DNA of 63,371 nucleotides, counting the filler, from Lenisia limosa (lineage: Eukaryota; Protista; Breviatea): NCBI GenBank assembly GCA_001655205.1. It is 14 parts of 14 records of this genome, joined end to end, with 100 filler letters (N's around TTAATTAATTAA, not from the genome) between each part and the next. Parts side by side here need not be neighbours in the genome. Positions count along the whole stretch, not along the records: positions 38,682 to 55,348 come from LPNZ01011687.1; positions 55,449 to 57,260 come from LPNZ01007349.1; positions 57,361 to 58,693 come from LPNZ01001311.1; positions 58,794 to 61,750 come from LPNZ01004188.1; positions 61,851 to 63,371 come from LPNZ01006557.1; 9 more parts are not named here. One strand, written 5' to 3'. Every line of letters begins with the position of its first letter. Position 1 is the stretch's first letter. A program made the translations under genes and the position numbers. Below the pieces are notes generated by a model, which ran no database searches, was not told where the DNA came from, and saw only the letters and a list, made by a program, of their open reading frames with translations. Positions 49,727-63,276 of the stretch are shown here, piece after piece.

Positions 49727-51570
49727 ACAGCGAAAATCATCTCGCCACCTCACAAGAAGCCTCATTTTCAAGCTAGCTCATGTATGGGAGGGGGGGGGGT
49801 ATTATGAAAGGAATGTTGTCGGTTCTTGTGGTGGTAGCAACAAATTTACTTCTGTTTGAAAAATACTGTGTAGATTTTATTTGATATTGTCCAACCATAT
49901 CAAAAGTTGCCAAATTTTAATCACTTTCTTTCAATGATTTGTCTATCTCTAAAGCTGATCAATATTGTTCATTTCTCCAGGATAATGATGCCAACACCAT
50001 CAGAGGACTGGCGCTATACTTTAAGTTTAATTTTTACTGTGAAATGGTAGGGGAAAACGTGTTAACAACAGTGTGATATTTACGCATTATTGTAGGGCTT
50101 TAACTCGGGTGGCATTACCGAATATGGTTAAATAAAGGGACATGAGACCTTTTTTAAAAAAAAAATCTTTGAGTTGTAATGTACCTACATCCGAAGCTTA
50201 CATTGTAAATAATATTCTATTCAATCCCATATCCACCAGTGTGGCGATGATTTTTGAGCATATATCTTCATAGCTACTCCATTTGTAGTTTTTTCCCCTC
50301 GTATCAATTACTTTGCCGTGACTCCTCCAAATTGAGTACACTTCTCTTCATTAGTTACCCATATAATGAAGTTTTTTTGGTAAAATAAACTTTTTTTGAA
50401 CACTGGAGTGATAGGTTTAAATGCTGCAGAAATCGACTGAACTGGGGGCTTTGTTTGCGGTTGCTTTCAGCCCTCGTGCGTTTCTCAAATTTCGATCAAC
50501 CAACAGTGTTGATTTTGGTTTTTGTTTGTAGTTTCATAAATAGAACCACCCCCCACCCTTCATTGTCAAATATAATCCGCTTTCCTATTTCGGTTTTTAA
50601 TCACCCAGACCTCCCAACAACCCCTCTACGAAGCCGTCCAAAATGTTGGTAGTTACCAATCATTTTTGTGCTTTACTGTAAAACAAAAAATATAACCATC
50701 GTAATTCCCAATGTTCTTTATTATTAATCGCAAATCTCAACACTCCTGTCTGTAGTGTTCCCTGTTTACGTTGTAGTCAAGTTGGAAAGCCGCGTCAGCC
50801 TTGGTAGAGGCAGGAGTGGACATCAATTTCTACACCCGTTTTGTATGAGGGTCTTTATTGTGAAGAAAATGACTTGCATTAAAGGCATACTGTCAATGAA
50901 AATACTGTTTGAATAATATAATATCATAGTATACCATTATAATATATAATATACTACTATATGCAAAAGCCATCGCTTACCCCCCCAGGGAAACTCGATC
51001 GATCATAAGCTTGAGAAATTGGGCACTAACCCGGCTTTGGCTCTTTTGGAAGAAATCAAAGCCAAAAGGCGACTTCTTGGCCAAAAAGAGGGTGAGTTTT
51101 TGGGAGAGCAAAAACACATCTACCATATTCAAAACTGTATATGTCAAGAACACCTATTTCTATTGAAAATCAAAACTTATCGGTATAGGACAATAAACAT
51201 ATCATGAGGGTGCACAAATCAAAATACAAAACCCAACTTACTAGCGGCCGTTCCTAGTTACACTGTTATTTTGCTGCAGTTCAATAAATATTCGTCATTT
51301 TTTATATGAGTTTTAATGGTAATGATTGATTCATGGTTGTGAAGGGGCAATTAATATTGATGGTGGTAACGATGGCTGTGGAGTAATGATGATGATGATG
51401 ACTGTGGATGATCGATGATATATATCTGTGTCAAGCAGTCGCTCATTTTTTTAGAACTGAAACCCCGGTCATGGTTTTGATACTCCACACCGACTTAATT
51501 CGCAGCCTCGGGCAATGTTAGCCAAGAAGACTGTTCAAAAGTGTGGGGTGCTCCAGGTCCAGCAATATTT
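49727..51570 (+). CDS. Ankyrin-repeat-containing protein, partial model
   Basis: Spliced QPLYEAVQN/SSWKAASALVEAGVDINF fits one ankyrin repeat; neighbouring exons are unassigned. Confidence 0.45.
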
Positions 51571-53837
51571 GCTCCTGAGGGCGATTGTCATGTTCTTCAA
51601 TTTCATCAATCTAGGGCTCCATTACCTTGCAACCTACGATGCCCCCCCCCCCAAGTTCTGTGATTTATTGTTATAAATACACTCTGAACCTCANNNNNNN
51701 NNNNNNNNNNNNNNNNNNNNNNNNNNNNNNNNNNNNNNNNNAAGCTATACAATAGGTGATTGATGAGATTCACAATCAGAAATCATATTTCGGAAATCCA
51801 TATTTTTTTTGAAAAAAAAAAAATCATTCTAATATATCACACACACACCAAGGTTATTTATCACACAATTTGCAATATAAACTGTAAGTAGAAAGAAACG
51901 TAGTAGTGGAAGCAAACTAGCAGGCCAGACATGAAGGTTCAATTCATAAAGTGTTAGAAGAACAATATCTCAAAACATTTCTTCCTTTATAATATGGAAG
52001 AAGATTCAAAACGCAATTGAGGTTACAAAAACAAGCGATACAGAAGTTCAAATAATTGAAAATTTAAAATCTAATGATGTAGATTATAAAATTTCAGACA
52101 ATGAATGTTTTATAAATTGTTGAGAAATTATTTGCTCACTAGAAGAAAGGCGCTCACATTTTTAATTTCCCAAAATTTTCCTGTTCCAAGTCAGAGTAAA
52201 AATGATAATTATTTTATATTTAATGTTCCGAAGAAATTAACAGAGGGACCTGGAGCTTAACACGTTGCCACCACAATATCAACTGTCCAGCAAAATTTCA
52301 CAAGAACCAACCAGGTATCAAGTTCGATTCCCGAAATTTCCTTCATTTTGATTGACGAAATCCTGAAAATCGGGAAATGCGGCTGGCTCTGGAAACGGAA
52401 TGAGCGGAATGTGCTGAATTGTATTCGTTTTCATTCAAGACAATATGGACACATTCAGCCCTGTATTGTGCACAATATCGGTGATATTCCAGCTGAGGGC
52501 AAACAAAGATGCCTCTAGCTAAGACCTACGTTTATAGATAAGACACCCACACGCATTCAGTCATTTGAACATTGTTCACATTGTTCTCCTCAACAGAAGA
52601 CATTGTTATTACTCACTCCCTGTAATAATATCACATTCAACTGGTATCCTGGGAGTATGATGACTTAGTAGACCAAAGAAGATGCGAGTATCAAAATGAA
52701 AAAAAAAGCCTTCAACTCATCCACTCCCATCATACTGCAGTGGTCATTTGTTTCCTGGGTTAGGCATTGACCTTCACTATTGGAGCGTTGGGGATGTCCT
52801 GTATAAATGAGTGCGAAGACATCATTTCTGAAGTTAAAGCTGACGCTGACGTTTGAAACAAAAGCAGGCCAGGATATGATAAAAGAGGGAAAATACACGG
52901 AAACTGTAATTAATGCAATAAATGTAATAGTTGCTGGTCTTCAATATCTACCACAGGGGGCTCCAGTAAAAGTTACACCACACTTCAGTGCGTCAGCGAG
53001 TCAAGTGTTTTTTGAGTCCGACTTAATTTTTTTCTTTTTCAATACAATACCACGTGAATCAATTTGTGTTTGTAAAATTATGTCACCTATATTGAAAATT
53101 CAAGTTCAAGCCATATTTCTAAGAAAATTTTGGAAAAGTCCGGACTGGATATCACTCTTCGCACATGGAAAAAAGTAAGTCCTGACTGGAGGTCGAATTC
53201 CTCAAACATTTGTTAAAAACAATAGAGAAACTTACTATTTTAGGTTGAAAAAAAAGTAAAATATTCTCATTCAGTAAGGGGTACGGCGGGCAGACATGGA
53301 ATTAAAAACACCTGGAGATACGCCACGATTCAAAGTAACACCAGCAAAATACCAAAACGCACCATCACACCAGCCAAATTCTACCATAGCACCATCACAC
53401 CAGCCGTGCTGAGTGCTGGTTTAACATTTCCTGGGAGTGACCCCCCCCCCTTGCAATATCATGAAGATTCCTAGCCACAAGGGAAATGAAAAAGCCAACT
53501 ACATAATCGATCGGAAAACACTAAAACCATAAATAAACAATATTTAAACTTCCTTCAAAGGCACTTTTCTGTTATCGTGTACAGTAGGGTGCGAAAACGA
53601 CTCAATTGCGTGAGTGAATTGGAGCTGAATGTGATGGGAGAGAGGGGAGTATAATCACTTCGAAAGAATTGATATAAATAGCTTCACTTTCGCTTCAAAG
53701 ATGCCCAATAAACTATTGATACTTATCAAAGAGGATTGTGGAAAACACTGTTTTGGAACCCACGGAGCATTGACTTGATTATGAAAAGTTGGATTCCCAT
53801 TATGAAACCCATGTAATATCATGAAATCTGAAGAACT

Positions 53838-55265
53838 TTATAGGGTTACCAAATACTACATCGGGGATCAGAGATTATTAACAATTCATTTAACGCACTA
53901 CCTACCTGGCATGCAATGGAAAAGTGGTCACTCGGGTACCCGGCGTAGGGAATTCCTACATTGTTACTTATATTTGATAGGAAGAAATCATGAAATAAGC
54001 AATCTACGATCACGGAATAATTAGGGCTCCGTGCAATTAATTGACAAAAGTATTTATCTTCGTTTCTCATTTCGACTCGAAAGTCGATGGTATGATATAT
54101 GTACATGCTGCCGATGTATGGTTTGGTTATCATTATCCACGCGATGATTTGATACCTCATATCCACTCGTGTGATAATTGACCAAAAAGACCCAATGACA
54201 CTCTGATACACTCTGGGTGATATCTTCGTTCAATTAACCCCCATATCCACTTGTAATAAGATCGATTCTAGACAGTCACTTCGCACCTATTGTACCCCTT
54301 TTATTAACTGGTAAATAATTTTTGTCTACTCGTGTGCTTTTTTTTACATTACTCTTCACACCGGCAGCTGGCAGCTCTGTCGCCCCGGGTAGGGATAGTA
54401 GGCGACATGTTAAAACATCTTCCGAGACGAATATGTAGTCTGGNNNNNNNNNNNNNNNNNNNNNNNNNNNNNNNNNNNNNNNNNNNNNNNNNNNNNNNNN
54501 NNNNNNNNNNNNNNNNNNNNNNNNNNNNNNNNNNNNNNNNNNNNNNNNNNNNNNNNNNNNNNNNNNNNNNNNNNNNNNNNNNNNNNNNNNNNNNNNNNTA
54601 GAGGGAGGCGGGGGAGGGGGGGGGGTAAAAATGGAAATTCTGAAAACAAAACCCAACAACTCTATTAGCCCCAAATGGAAAGAATGACCACTCCTACCGA
54701 TGACGTGGCAATCAAGTGTTGTGGTCCTCATTTTATACGTTGTGAACTGGGGCTCTCCTGAAGTGTCAAAATATACCACAACAGTGCCATATACTACATA
54801 TACACAAATCATGCATCTGCGGATATGATATACAGTACAGTGGATGAGTCTTGACCGATTTGCTATGATTTCCCAAGAAAATCGGTCAAGTCTTATCCCG
54901 GTCAGTCACAGTATGTATAATACTTATTATCACCTTCCTCCCGGTAGTTCGAATAGACACTTCTGAGGCACATATCCGCATCTGTCATTTCTCTGTAAAC
55001 TGACCGTTCGGGCGAAGAATTGAAATCTCCTACAGCAACATTAAGTGAAATCTCTAATGCTGGTAATATTAAAATATTTGATTTTTGTCTGGTATCTCAA
55101 TGTATTTTATGTTTTCTCTGTAATATTACTATTATTTCTTTTTCAAAACATGTGATGGTAATACGTGGAATGATGATGTCATAGTCCTGACACCATGATA
55201 CCTCCAACAATGACAGCATCACCATCTTGCCGAAGTTGTTGAATTGCATCCTTCAGCTGCTTCAC
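53838..55265 (-). CDS. Nocturnin/CCR4-like EEP-family phosphatase, 5' partial
   Basis: GDFNSSPERSVY, EPQFTTYKMRTTTLDCHVI/DYIFVS and IPYAGYPSDHFSIACQ match nocturnin EPPYTTWKIR..LDYIW..YPSDHLSL. Confidence 0.85.
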
Positions 55266-55529
55266 CTTGAAAGTTAATATCAATGTATGAGTAGTGTATC
55301 GTAATTCCCCGAATACCCAGCAATACCTTAAGCAACTTGCCCCCCCCCNNNNNNNNNNNNNNNNNNNNNNNNNNNNNNNNNNNNNNNNNNNNTTAATTAA
55401 TTAANNNNNNNNNNNNNNNNNNNNNNNNNNNNNNNNNNNNNNNNNNNNCTTCAAAATGTATATATGTCTTCAAAGGTATGAGACAATATTCGGGTTTGAT
55501 ATTTGATCCCACCAGCCCACACAACCAAC

Positions 55530-57200
55530 ATTAAGTCATGCTGCAGAGTATAAGAGGCCCAGGGCAGGAGCTGGCTGGTTGCGAGGGGTGTTGCCGACTG
55601 AATGGTAAGTACTGAACAAAGCAAAGGAAGAGATGTACACAAGATAAGTATTGAATCAAGAAGACTAGTAATTCTCCAAAGTAGCCACAATGAAAAGAAG
55701 CCATCCTACGTGATTTGAATGAGCAGAGTAGGCCCAATTAATGGTGATTTTCAGGTATTTTAGGGGAACCTTTGTGCTACTTTCAACTGAAGAAATAATT
55801 GAAGATAGCTTTTGGTCATAAATTGCTTGACAAATCTTGAAAACTATCGATATTCTATCAGCCACCCAATTGTGCCCATTGTACCTTCAATCGGTCCGGT
55901 TTCCACGTCCTCTGTAAGGGCTGAAACAACCAACGTTCGGAAGTACTCTGATCGAGCCGCTACCAGTCCGGCATGGGCTGTTACTACCTGGGGAGGGGGG
56001 TAAAACGAAGGAATTTTCGATGAAGAATATTGGAGTAAACGTACTAATCACGAACTGAATAATCTGAAACTCCAAACAAACAAAAAAAAAACAAGCAATA
56101 GCAAACACGAACTACCTGGGTGGTGGGGGATCGTAATTATCAACCCAACTGCCAAATAATTTGACATACTATAAGAGTTTTCCAGAAAAAAAGAAATCCT
56201 TAGCAGAAGACAAGATCAACCTCATGGGGATTGTCTTCGTAGAAAACCTTGGCGGTTTTCCATTTGTCCAAAAGTGCGTCCTCGTTGTGGTGGCGTCTGA
56301 AGCAATTAAAAACAATCTGAAGACTATCACGCTGCGTTACATATGATTATTTCTACGCTATGTTGTCAGAGAACCACATAGTTAAGATTTATAATATCAA
56401 TACATTTGATATCATAACTAAAAAATGAGACAAGTGTAATATATAAAGCATGCTCTTAACCCTCCGTCATTAATACATACTCACCACTTGATCGCCAATG
56501 ACCCCCTCACGGAATAATAAAGTCCGGGTCTTCAGCCCAGGTAAAGGGCTTTTCCTCCAAATGGTGGCTAGCCAGGTGAACAAGATGACCTTCTAAAGTA
56601 CCCACAGGCTGAGGCAGGTTTGATTCTTCTGCATTGTTAAGCACAAGCAGTCCAGAGCAAAAAGAGACCACAAGGCGATATAGGCTAACAATTACACAAA
56701 AGACTTATATTATCGAGACAAACTGATGCCAACCATCTCATGATAAGTTCGAAGACACCCACCAATCTCTTCCTCGACCTCCTCCTTTTCCTCTTGGTCA
56801 CTCTCCGACTCCTCATCGTCCTCGTCAGCAAAAGCTTTTTGAATGTTTAGCGCCGCAGCCGGGGCTCTGATGCTTCCTGTGGGTATGAGAGAAAGCCACA
56901 ACAGGAACNNNNNNNNNNNNNNNNNNNNNNNNNNNNNNNNNNNNNNNNNNNNNNNNNNNNNNNNNNNNNNNNNNNNNNNNNNNNNNNNNNNNGCTTTCTT
57001 CAGATTCAAGTGTTCCATCGCGCTCACCCAGTTTGGGAAGTGGGAGCATGACGCGAGGCATTGCAGTCATTGTTTTAACAAGGGGGTCAATCGGCCATTT
57101 GGTGGAGACATTGTGGGGGTTTTGGAGGTTCAGGATCGAAAGCGAAAGGTTCGGAATTGGAGGTTGCAGGATTGGCGCTGTCTCAGCAAGACTGAACATC
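55530..57200 (-). CDS. BTB/POZ-domain protein, partial
   Basis: EVDLVFC / VVTAHAGLVAARSEYFRTLVVSALTE / VPLKYLKITINWAYS fits the BTB pattern D..F...AH..vLaaRS.YF...Y. Confidence 0.7.
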
Positions 57201-57479
57201 AGGCTGGGAGGAAAGCCTACGTGATGAAAAAATGGGATTTATTGACAAATAATAATAATANNNNNNNNNNNNNNNNNNNNNNNNNNNNNNNNNNNNNNNN
57301 NNNNTTAATTAATTAANNNNNNNNNNNNNNNNNNNNNNNNNNNNNNNNNNNNNNNNNNNNGGGGGGTGGGGGAGAGCAAAATTGGAAAATTTCTGAAACA
57401 AAAAAAAAACCCAAATTAACTCTGTTGGCTATCAAAGAGTTCCCAGATTATTGAAAAGATTTCCAAGTATACAAAAAGT

Positions 57480-58330
57480 CTTCTGGGACTGCACCTCAGC
57501 ACATTACTCTTGTCGCCACAATCTCGTGAGATTCTTGTTTATAACGTTTTGTGAAGCAACCTAACTATTTTTGACCCTTTGTTCATTGTTGGCCAAAAAC
57601 CACCAAAGAAAAAGAGAATATTCTGAAAAGTTACAACGCACAAAATGATCCAAGCAGGCAGGTAAGAGCAAACAGGCTGTAGTATTTAAAATTTAGAGAT
57701 TGTTGATACTTTCACTGAATACGTCTTTTCAGAGCTGATTCCGAAGGTTATTAAGGACAGAGAGCGATTTAACCTTGACCCTGCTACTTGGGCTCTGTTC
57801 CTTGTGGATGACCATACTTTAAGATACACACCCCTTTCATTGCAATACCTCTTGGGCAATCACATCATCCTCCAACTTCTTCCTTCCCACACATTCAGTG
57901 TACTCAACCTCTCGACCTTGTCACATTTGGTGTTCTTAAGACCGTTTTCTACCCGCAGTACAGTTCACTCCTTCGTGAGTATCAACCTGATGATATCTCC
58001 AATGCTGCTGTTAACCGCTGCTGTGATATTTGGCGTGCTTGGAAGGACTGACTGTCTCAACAACTCAACGTAAGATATAAAAGGCGTGTGACCGTTCCTC
58101 TATCGTCGTTCCAATCTCTGACGAACCCATTTGTTCGATTGACCCTTGGAAACTTGCAGAGCACCTTCCCAACCCAGATGCTGCCTTCATGACCCTCCTC
58201 GAACCATCTTGAATTTTTTGGAAAGACTCAATCTCAACCTTTTGAGAAAGAGCATTGTTCCACATTCTGCTGAATTGGACGGAAGTAATGCTGGAAAACA
58301 GAAAGAAAGAAATGGCAAGGATCAAGAAAG
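57480..58330 (+). pseudogene. Decayed pogo-family transposase
   Basis: HITLVATIS|intron, ALFLVDDHTLR and LLPSHTFSVL, then a frameshift near 57905 into QPLDLVTFGVLK; D35D spacing; no TIRs seen. Confidence 0.8.
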
Positions 58331-58929
58331 CGAATGTTGAATATAAGAAGAATAAAGCAAGAATTGGTTTGTAGAAACTGTGCAAATAACTTTTTAGTAA
58401 AGGGGAAGGCTAAGGCAACCAAAAACCGACCGAAATAAAATTTTGCCTTTTAGATTTGTGACTTACGTTTAGCAGACATGACTATGTTCTTCCATTATTT
58501 TGTGTGACTCTTTCATATTGATAAATACAGCTAAATATGATCGATACACTGAGGACAAATATTGACTTTTACTTCTGATTTTTTTTGTTTTATAATTGAA
58601 TTAGTACTATTTTAAAGAAAAGAAAAAGTGGACACGGTCATGTCCCCCCCCCACCTGTATATACATGTAGATATATACCGGTATATAGTATAANNNNNNN
58701 NNNNNNNNNNNNNNNNNNNNNNNNNNNNNNNNNNNNNTTAATTAATTAANNNNNNNNNNNNNNNNNNNNNNNNNNNNNNNNNNNNNNNNNNNNAAAAAAA
58801 AAAGGAGCCCAAAAACTCATTAAACGTAAACAGTGACATGAGGGGGAAAGAATACTAATATATCATATCATATGCATAGTACATGTACATGGCAAAAAGT
58901 CACGGACTGGGGAGAGAACCAGCCAACAA

Positions 58930-61420
58930 GCTCCCCTCAACCTTTACAGGCGCGATCGAGCCTTGTCCCCTTGACGGGTGTGGAGAGGTCCGATAGCGGC
59001 CCCATGTAGTCCTCAAATTCTGCAGCGTAAAATACCCAGCATAATGTTGACAAGAGGCTCAATGTTTTAATCCAGGCTTCTGGGTAACGGGTGGAGCTAG
59101 GGCTTCACTTCGATTCGAAAAAAACTGAATTTCTCGAAAAATCCTCGAAAACTATCCATATTCCATAGGTCTGTTCGAACCGAAGTGAAGCCCAGTCCTT
59201 AATGCATACCGCTCTCAACCGGTGCATCGTAGTTGATGAGACCTGATTTGTCGATGTTGTCCATGTGCGGCGGCATTGGGACCGGACACTGCTTGCCCTC
59301 CACCACCATCGCGTTCATCGGCATGGCCTTGAGGTACCGCATGGAAGCCTCGCGAAGGGCTGTGACGTCCGGCGAGGGGGCGGACTGCGGGGGGGGGGGG
59401 ANNNNNNNNNNNNNNNNNNNNNNNNNNNNNNNNNNNNNNNNNNNNNNNNNNNNNNNNNNNNNNNNNNNNNNNNNNNNNNNNNNNNNNNNNNNNAGCACCA
59501 CATCCCATCACTCCAGTGGGGGGAGAGATGAAGGAAATATTAAAACACAAGATCTGCACATGGATAAAACTCAGGTAATGATGATTCAAGAGTAAGGGTG
59601 AATTACCAAACAAATGAAACAAGCACCATGAAGTATCACCCTAAATCGAACCACTAAGAATCATATTTGGCATGGCCCACCTTTCCTCGAGGCTTGGAAG
59701 GGTCCTTCAGTGTCACAAAGCACGCACCAGTACCAATAGCCTGTCAACGTCAGAGGAAAATGGAAGGAATGGGTTCTAGTTGGATAACCAAAATAATAAC
59801 AGCATCCTTATCAACAAGAGAGATTTAAAAGAAAGAAGCGAAAGTCATCTGTATATCTTATGTTGTAAAATAAACTAACTCTGAACCATCGTATTTATAG
59901 TAGAGGCAGTGACATATTCTCAACCTTTCGCTGTCCCAAGCGCTGAAGTGGGTTGTTTTAAAGACTGTTTGGATGATATCAGGCCCGGAATTGCTCGCTT
60001 TGTTGCGTCAAAGCAGAAGTTACCGAGGATAGTTGACTGTCAGACGATGTGCTTGGCCTATTCAGTATGGAATTAAATGTTGAAATAAATTACTGACATC
60101 TATGAGGCCATAGCAGGCAAGATGGCCACCCTCGGCGATACCATCCTTGCACCCGACCTGAAAGAAAGTCCTCATGTTGGAGTGCTTTATCTACCAGCGT
60201 GCCAGCCCTCACCACCTTCTGAGGTTTTCGAGCTGCCAACAGTTACAGTTGTTCAGGACGCACTATCTTCAGTTCCCCTCACGCCTGTGGGATATTTTTT
60301 GGTTACTGTTTTGGTTGAACCTTTTTCTCTCACCATACTCTGGACCCACTGTGCAGAACTGTCGAATAGACTCAAACTAAATAACAATCCCTTGAACATC
60401 TGGTGTGAAGCAAGTAACAATCCCTTGAACATCTGGTGTGAAGCAAGTAACAATCCCCTGCACATCTGGTGTGAAGTATTCCGGCTGAGACAACTACTCC
60501 TCAAACACAGAAACGCTTGCCAGCTCCTCAAACACAGAAACGCTTGCAGCTATTTGGTGTCAGGTTTTTAAATGTACCCCCGTCAAACCGTCAATCCCAT
60601 TCCCTATCCCTTTTACATTAACAACACAGCATATTCGACGAATTGTCGTGAGGAAGCGAGGCCCAGAAATCAAAGAGAGCACAATCCAGCTCAAGTTCAA
60701 CAAACCAACAGACCTCAAGACAGTATCCGCCGGAAACCGCATTGTACTCATATCAGTTATGTACCGAAATATAAACTGTTTCTCATTGTACTCCTTGCGA
60801 AATTGGAAAATGACCCCATATTCGTTAAGCAAGTGTTGCCAACGTAGCTGTGATTTGATCTATGAGTTCTCTGGCATGGCAAAGTATTGGAATGCTACCT
60901 CCGAAATGGCCCTTCATTCGGTCAATCCGCGGGCTGGGTGCTGTTTTTGTTGGAGAGAAAAAACGGGGGTATTTGTCTAAACCACATTTTTTCTTTGTTT
61001 TCAGATATTACTTTCGTAAAAACAGTTGAACATAGATACAGTAAGGCAAACAAATAAGGAAGAATAGAACAAATGCAGAGGGAGAAAGGAACAGAATAGA
61101 GAGAGTGAAAACATAAAAGAAAACCACGAAAAAAAACATACCACGAAAGAAAACATGCCACGAAAGAAAAATAGTGGTACAATTAACCCCAACCCGGCAA
61201 GAGGGGAGCATACAGAATACTGCTCCAACTCAAAGTCGGTAGCCAAGGTGTCTTCTTCCTGGGGAGGGGTGAACATGATGTGTCCGTTTAGCCCAGGATG
61301 GAAGAAACACAGAAGAACTGAGTATCCTAACAGAAACAATCCTCCTACTTGCTCTTCGGCCCCGTTTGCATCCTTCAAATAACGAACAGTTGCCACTCTC
61401 TGCTTTGAATCTACCTGCAC
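58930..61420 (-). CDS. Uncharacterised multi-exon gene(s); weak SAM-methyltransferase-like motif
   Basis: Exons VDSKQRVATVRYLKDANGAEEQ, EEDTLATDFELEQYS, FQVGCKDG..ACYGLID, IIQTVFKTTHFSAWD and ALREASMRYLKAMPMN. Phases are not fully resolved. Confidence 0.3.
59098..59193. mobile_element. Family A MITE copy
   Basis: tagggcttcacttcgattcg ... cgaaccgaagtgaagccc. Confidence 0.85.
60383..60551. repeat. 33-bp tandem repeat x3 followed by 27-bp repeat x2
   Basis: aacaatcccttgaacatctggtgtgaagcaagt x3; ctcctcaaacacagaaacgcttgc x2. Confidence 0.85.
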
Positions 61421-62037
61421 GCGTCAGAATTCACTGCTATATCCCCATATAGTACTGCTTTAAGAACACTTGAACCAACAACGGCTCTTTTGTCACATTT
61501 ATCAATCTCATCATAAAACCTCTCCAAAACTGAGTTTTTATGTTACAAAAATCCGCTCACTTTGACGACTCTGCCCGCCAGTAACTTGTCCTTATCCTGA
61601 ATTGTGAACCTCAAACCAAGGCAAAGTTGGAAATTTAAGGACCTCTCAGAATGTCAAAGTAGGAAATTTAGAGAATGCTAAAGGATAAGAAGAAGAAGAA
61701 GAACACGCAAAACCATCAACAAGAGAATTGACACTCTGCCCCCCCCCCCCNNNNNNNNNNNNNNNNNNNNNNNNNNNNNNNNNNNNNNNNNNNNTTAATT
61801 AATTAANNNNNNNNNNNNNNNNNNNNNNNNNNNNNNNNNNNNNNNNNNNNGCCTGGGCTTTGTTTGTTTTATATATATACATATATCATATATTACATGT
61901 ACTTCCAACCTGCGTGTGTTTTCCAAATGCTAGGCTTTTGTTGTTGTTGTTTCACCACATTAACACACAGACCCATTAAACTTTAATATATCTTTCATTC
62001 TCCATTAATTTTTCCAATTTTACCCCCCCCCCCCGCA

Positions 62038-62656
62038 GCATCCGGAGGAAAGAAGAGAGCCAAGAAAACTGAAGTTGATATTTTGGCTACAGCACAAGAC
62101 ACCGATGCCCTCACCCTGATTGCTATTGTGCTAGAAGGGATTTCGGTAGGACGGTGCAATTGGGGCTTCACTTCGATACTTTTCGAGGAGTTATCGAGAA
62201 ATTCAGTCTTTTTTTTTGGATCGGAGGCCCTAGCTATATGACATTTATTGTGCTTTGTCATCAACAATTGATATATTGTACTAATGCTGTCAGGTTCGCG
62301 AGGATTTCACCACCCCTATCGCCCTTATCAAAGCGCTCCACGCACTTGCTGAAGTAATTCACGGAATTGCGACCCCTGATTGGCCTGTTAGAGCCCCAGT
62401 ATCCAAGGAGTACATTCTTCAGGTATGTAATAGAAATGATATATGATATAGCTATATGATATGATATAATTCTAATGTTAAGGCTGAGTGTGGAATGGAA
62501 TCCCCCTCACCCCCTACTACTCCATCATCCTTGCTTTCAACCCTTTTTGTGTTGTGAACCTGCAGAGGTGCTTGTTTCATAAATTTTTCAATTTTACTCC
62601 CCCTCACCCGTTCAGCTCTGTCTCAACGCGATCACTTGCTACCTCCAAAACAACGT
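62038..62656 (+). CDS. Exons of a helical-repeat protein, possibly HEATR1/UTP10-like
   Basis: GGKKRAKK..DALTLIAIVLEGIS and KEYILQ/LCLNAI resemble HEATR1 VTLILELL...EYTKQLILSCL. One internal exon frame is ambiguous. Confidence 0.3.
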
Positions 62657-63199
62657 AGGCGGGGGGGGGGGGGTAAAANNNNNNNNNNNNNNNNNNNNNN
62701 NNNNNNNNNNNNNNNNNNNNNNNNNNNNNNNNNNNNNNNNNNNNNNNNNNNNNNNNNTCATCCCAAACAATTATAACGTATTTTTCCAGACACTGTTTTG
62801 AGAGTGGTGTAGCGACGAGTTCGGTCAAAAACTACCAAATTTCATTTCTCTTTTCAACACTCAATACAAATAATACATGTGGGCTGACCGCGATAAGTCC
62901 TGATACGGATATTAAGCTTTATCTTTCAATCGTGTCAGGACTTCTCGCCGTCGGTTTATATAGTATATTTTATTCTTCTTTTTTTTTGTTCTTTATTCTC
63001 GCAGGAAAAAAAATATTTTAAATTTTTGTTATATCTGTATTTTGTTCTTTATTCTTTCAGGAAATATCTTCATTTTTTATTCATTCTTGCAGGAGATATC
63101 TGCCAGTGACCTGAAATATGACCTGTACATTTCAGTTCTTCAGGAGGCCTCCTACCCGTCAATCCAGGTAGGAGAGGGGTATTGTCATATACTATAGTA

Positions 63200-63276
63200 C
63201 AGTGACCGGGATAAGTCTTGACCGATTTGCAAACTGATTTCCAAAGAAAATCGAGCAAGACTTATCCCGGTCACTG
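63200..63276. mobile_element. Family C Tc1-like mini-MITE (77 bp), best copy
   Basis: TA-CAGTGACCGGGATAAGTCTTG ... CAAGACTTATCCCGGTCACTG-TA. Copies at 10948-11028, 25742-25820, 42455-42531, 43867-43945 and 54838-54911; a subfamily at 13307-13382 and 62883-62955. Confidence 0.9.

Noticed and set aside
53290-53410. Minus-strand GWCDGA...GWCDGA peptide repeat
   Set aside because: Explained by a short DNA duplication (gcaccatcacaccagcc x2); exon status is unsupported.
56480-56640. Apparent in-frame TGA after DPDFIIP (recoding or selenocysteine)
   Set aside because: The TGA lies inside a canonical GTGAG donor (cc|gtgagg), so it is intronic.
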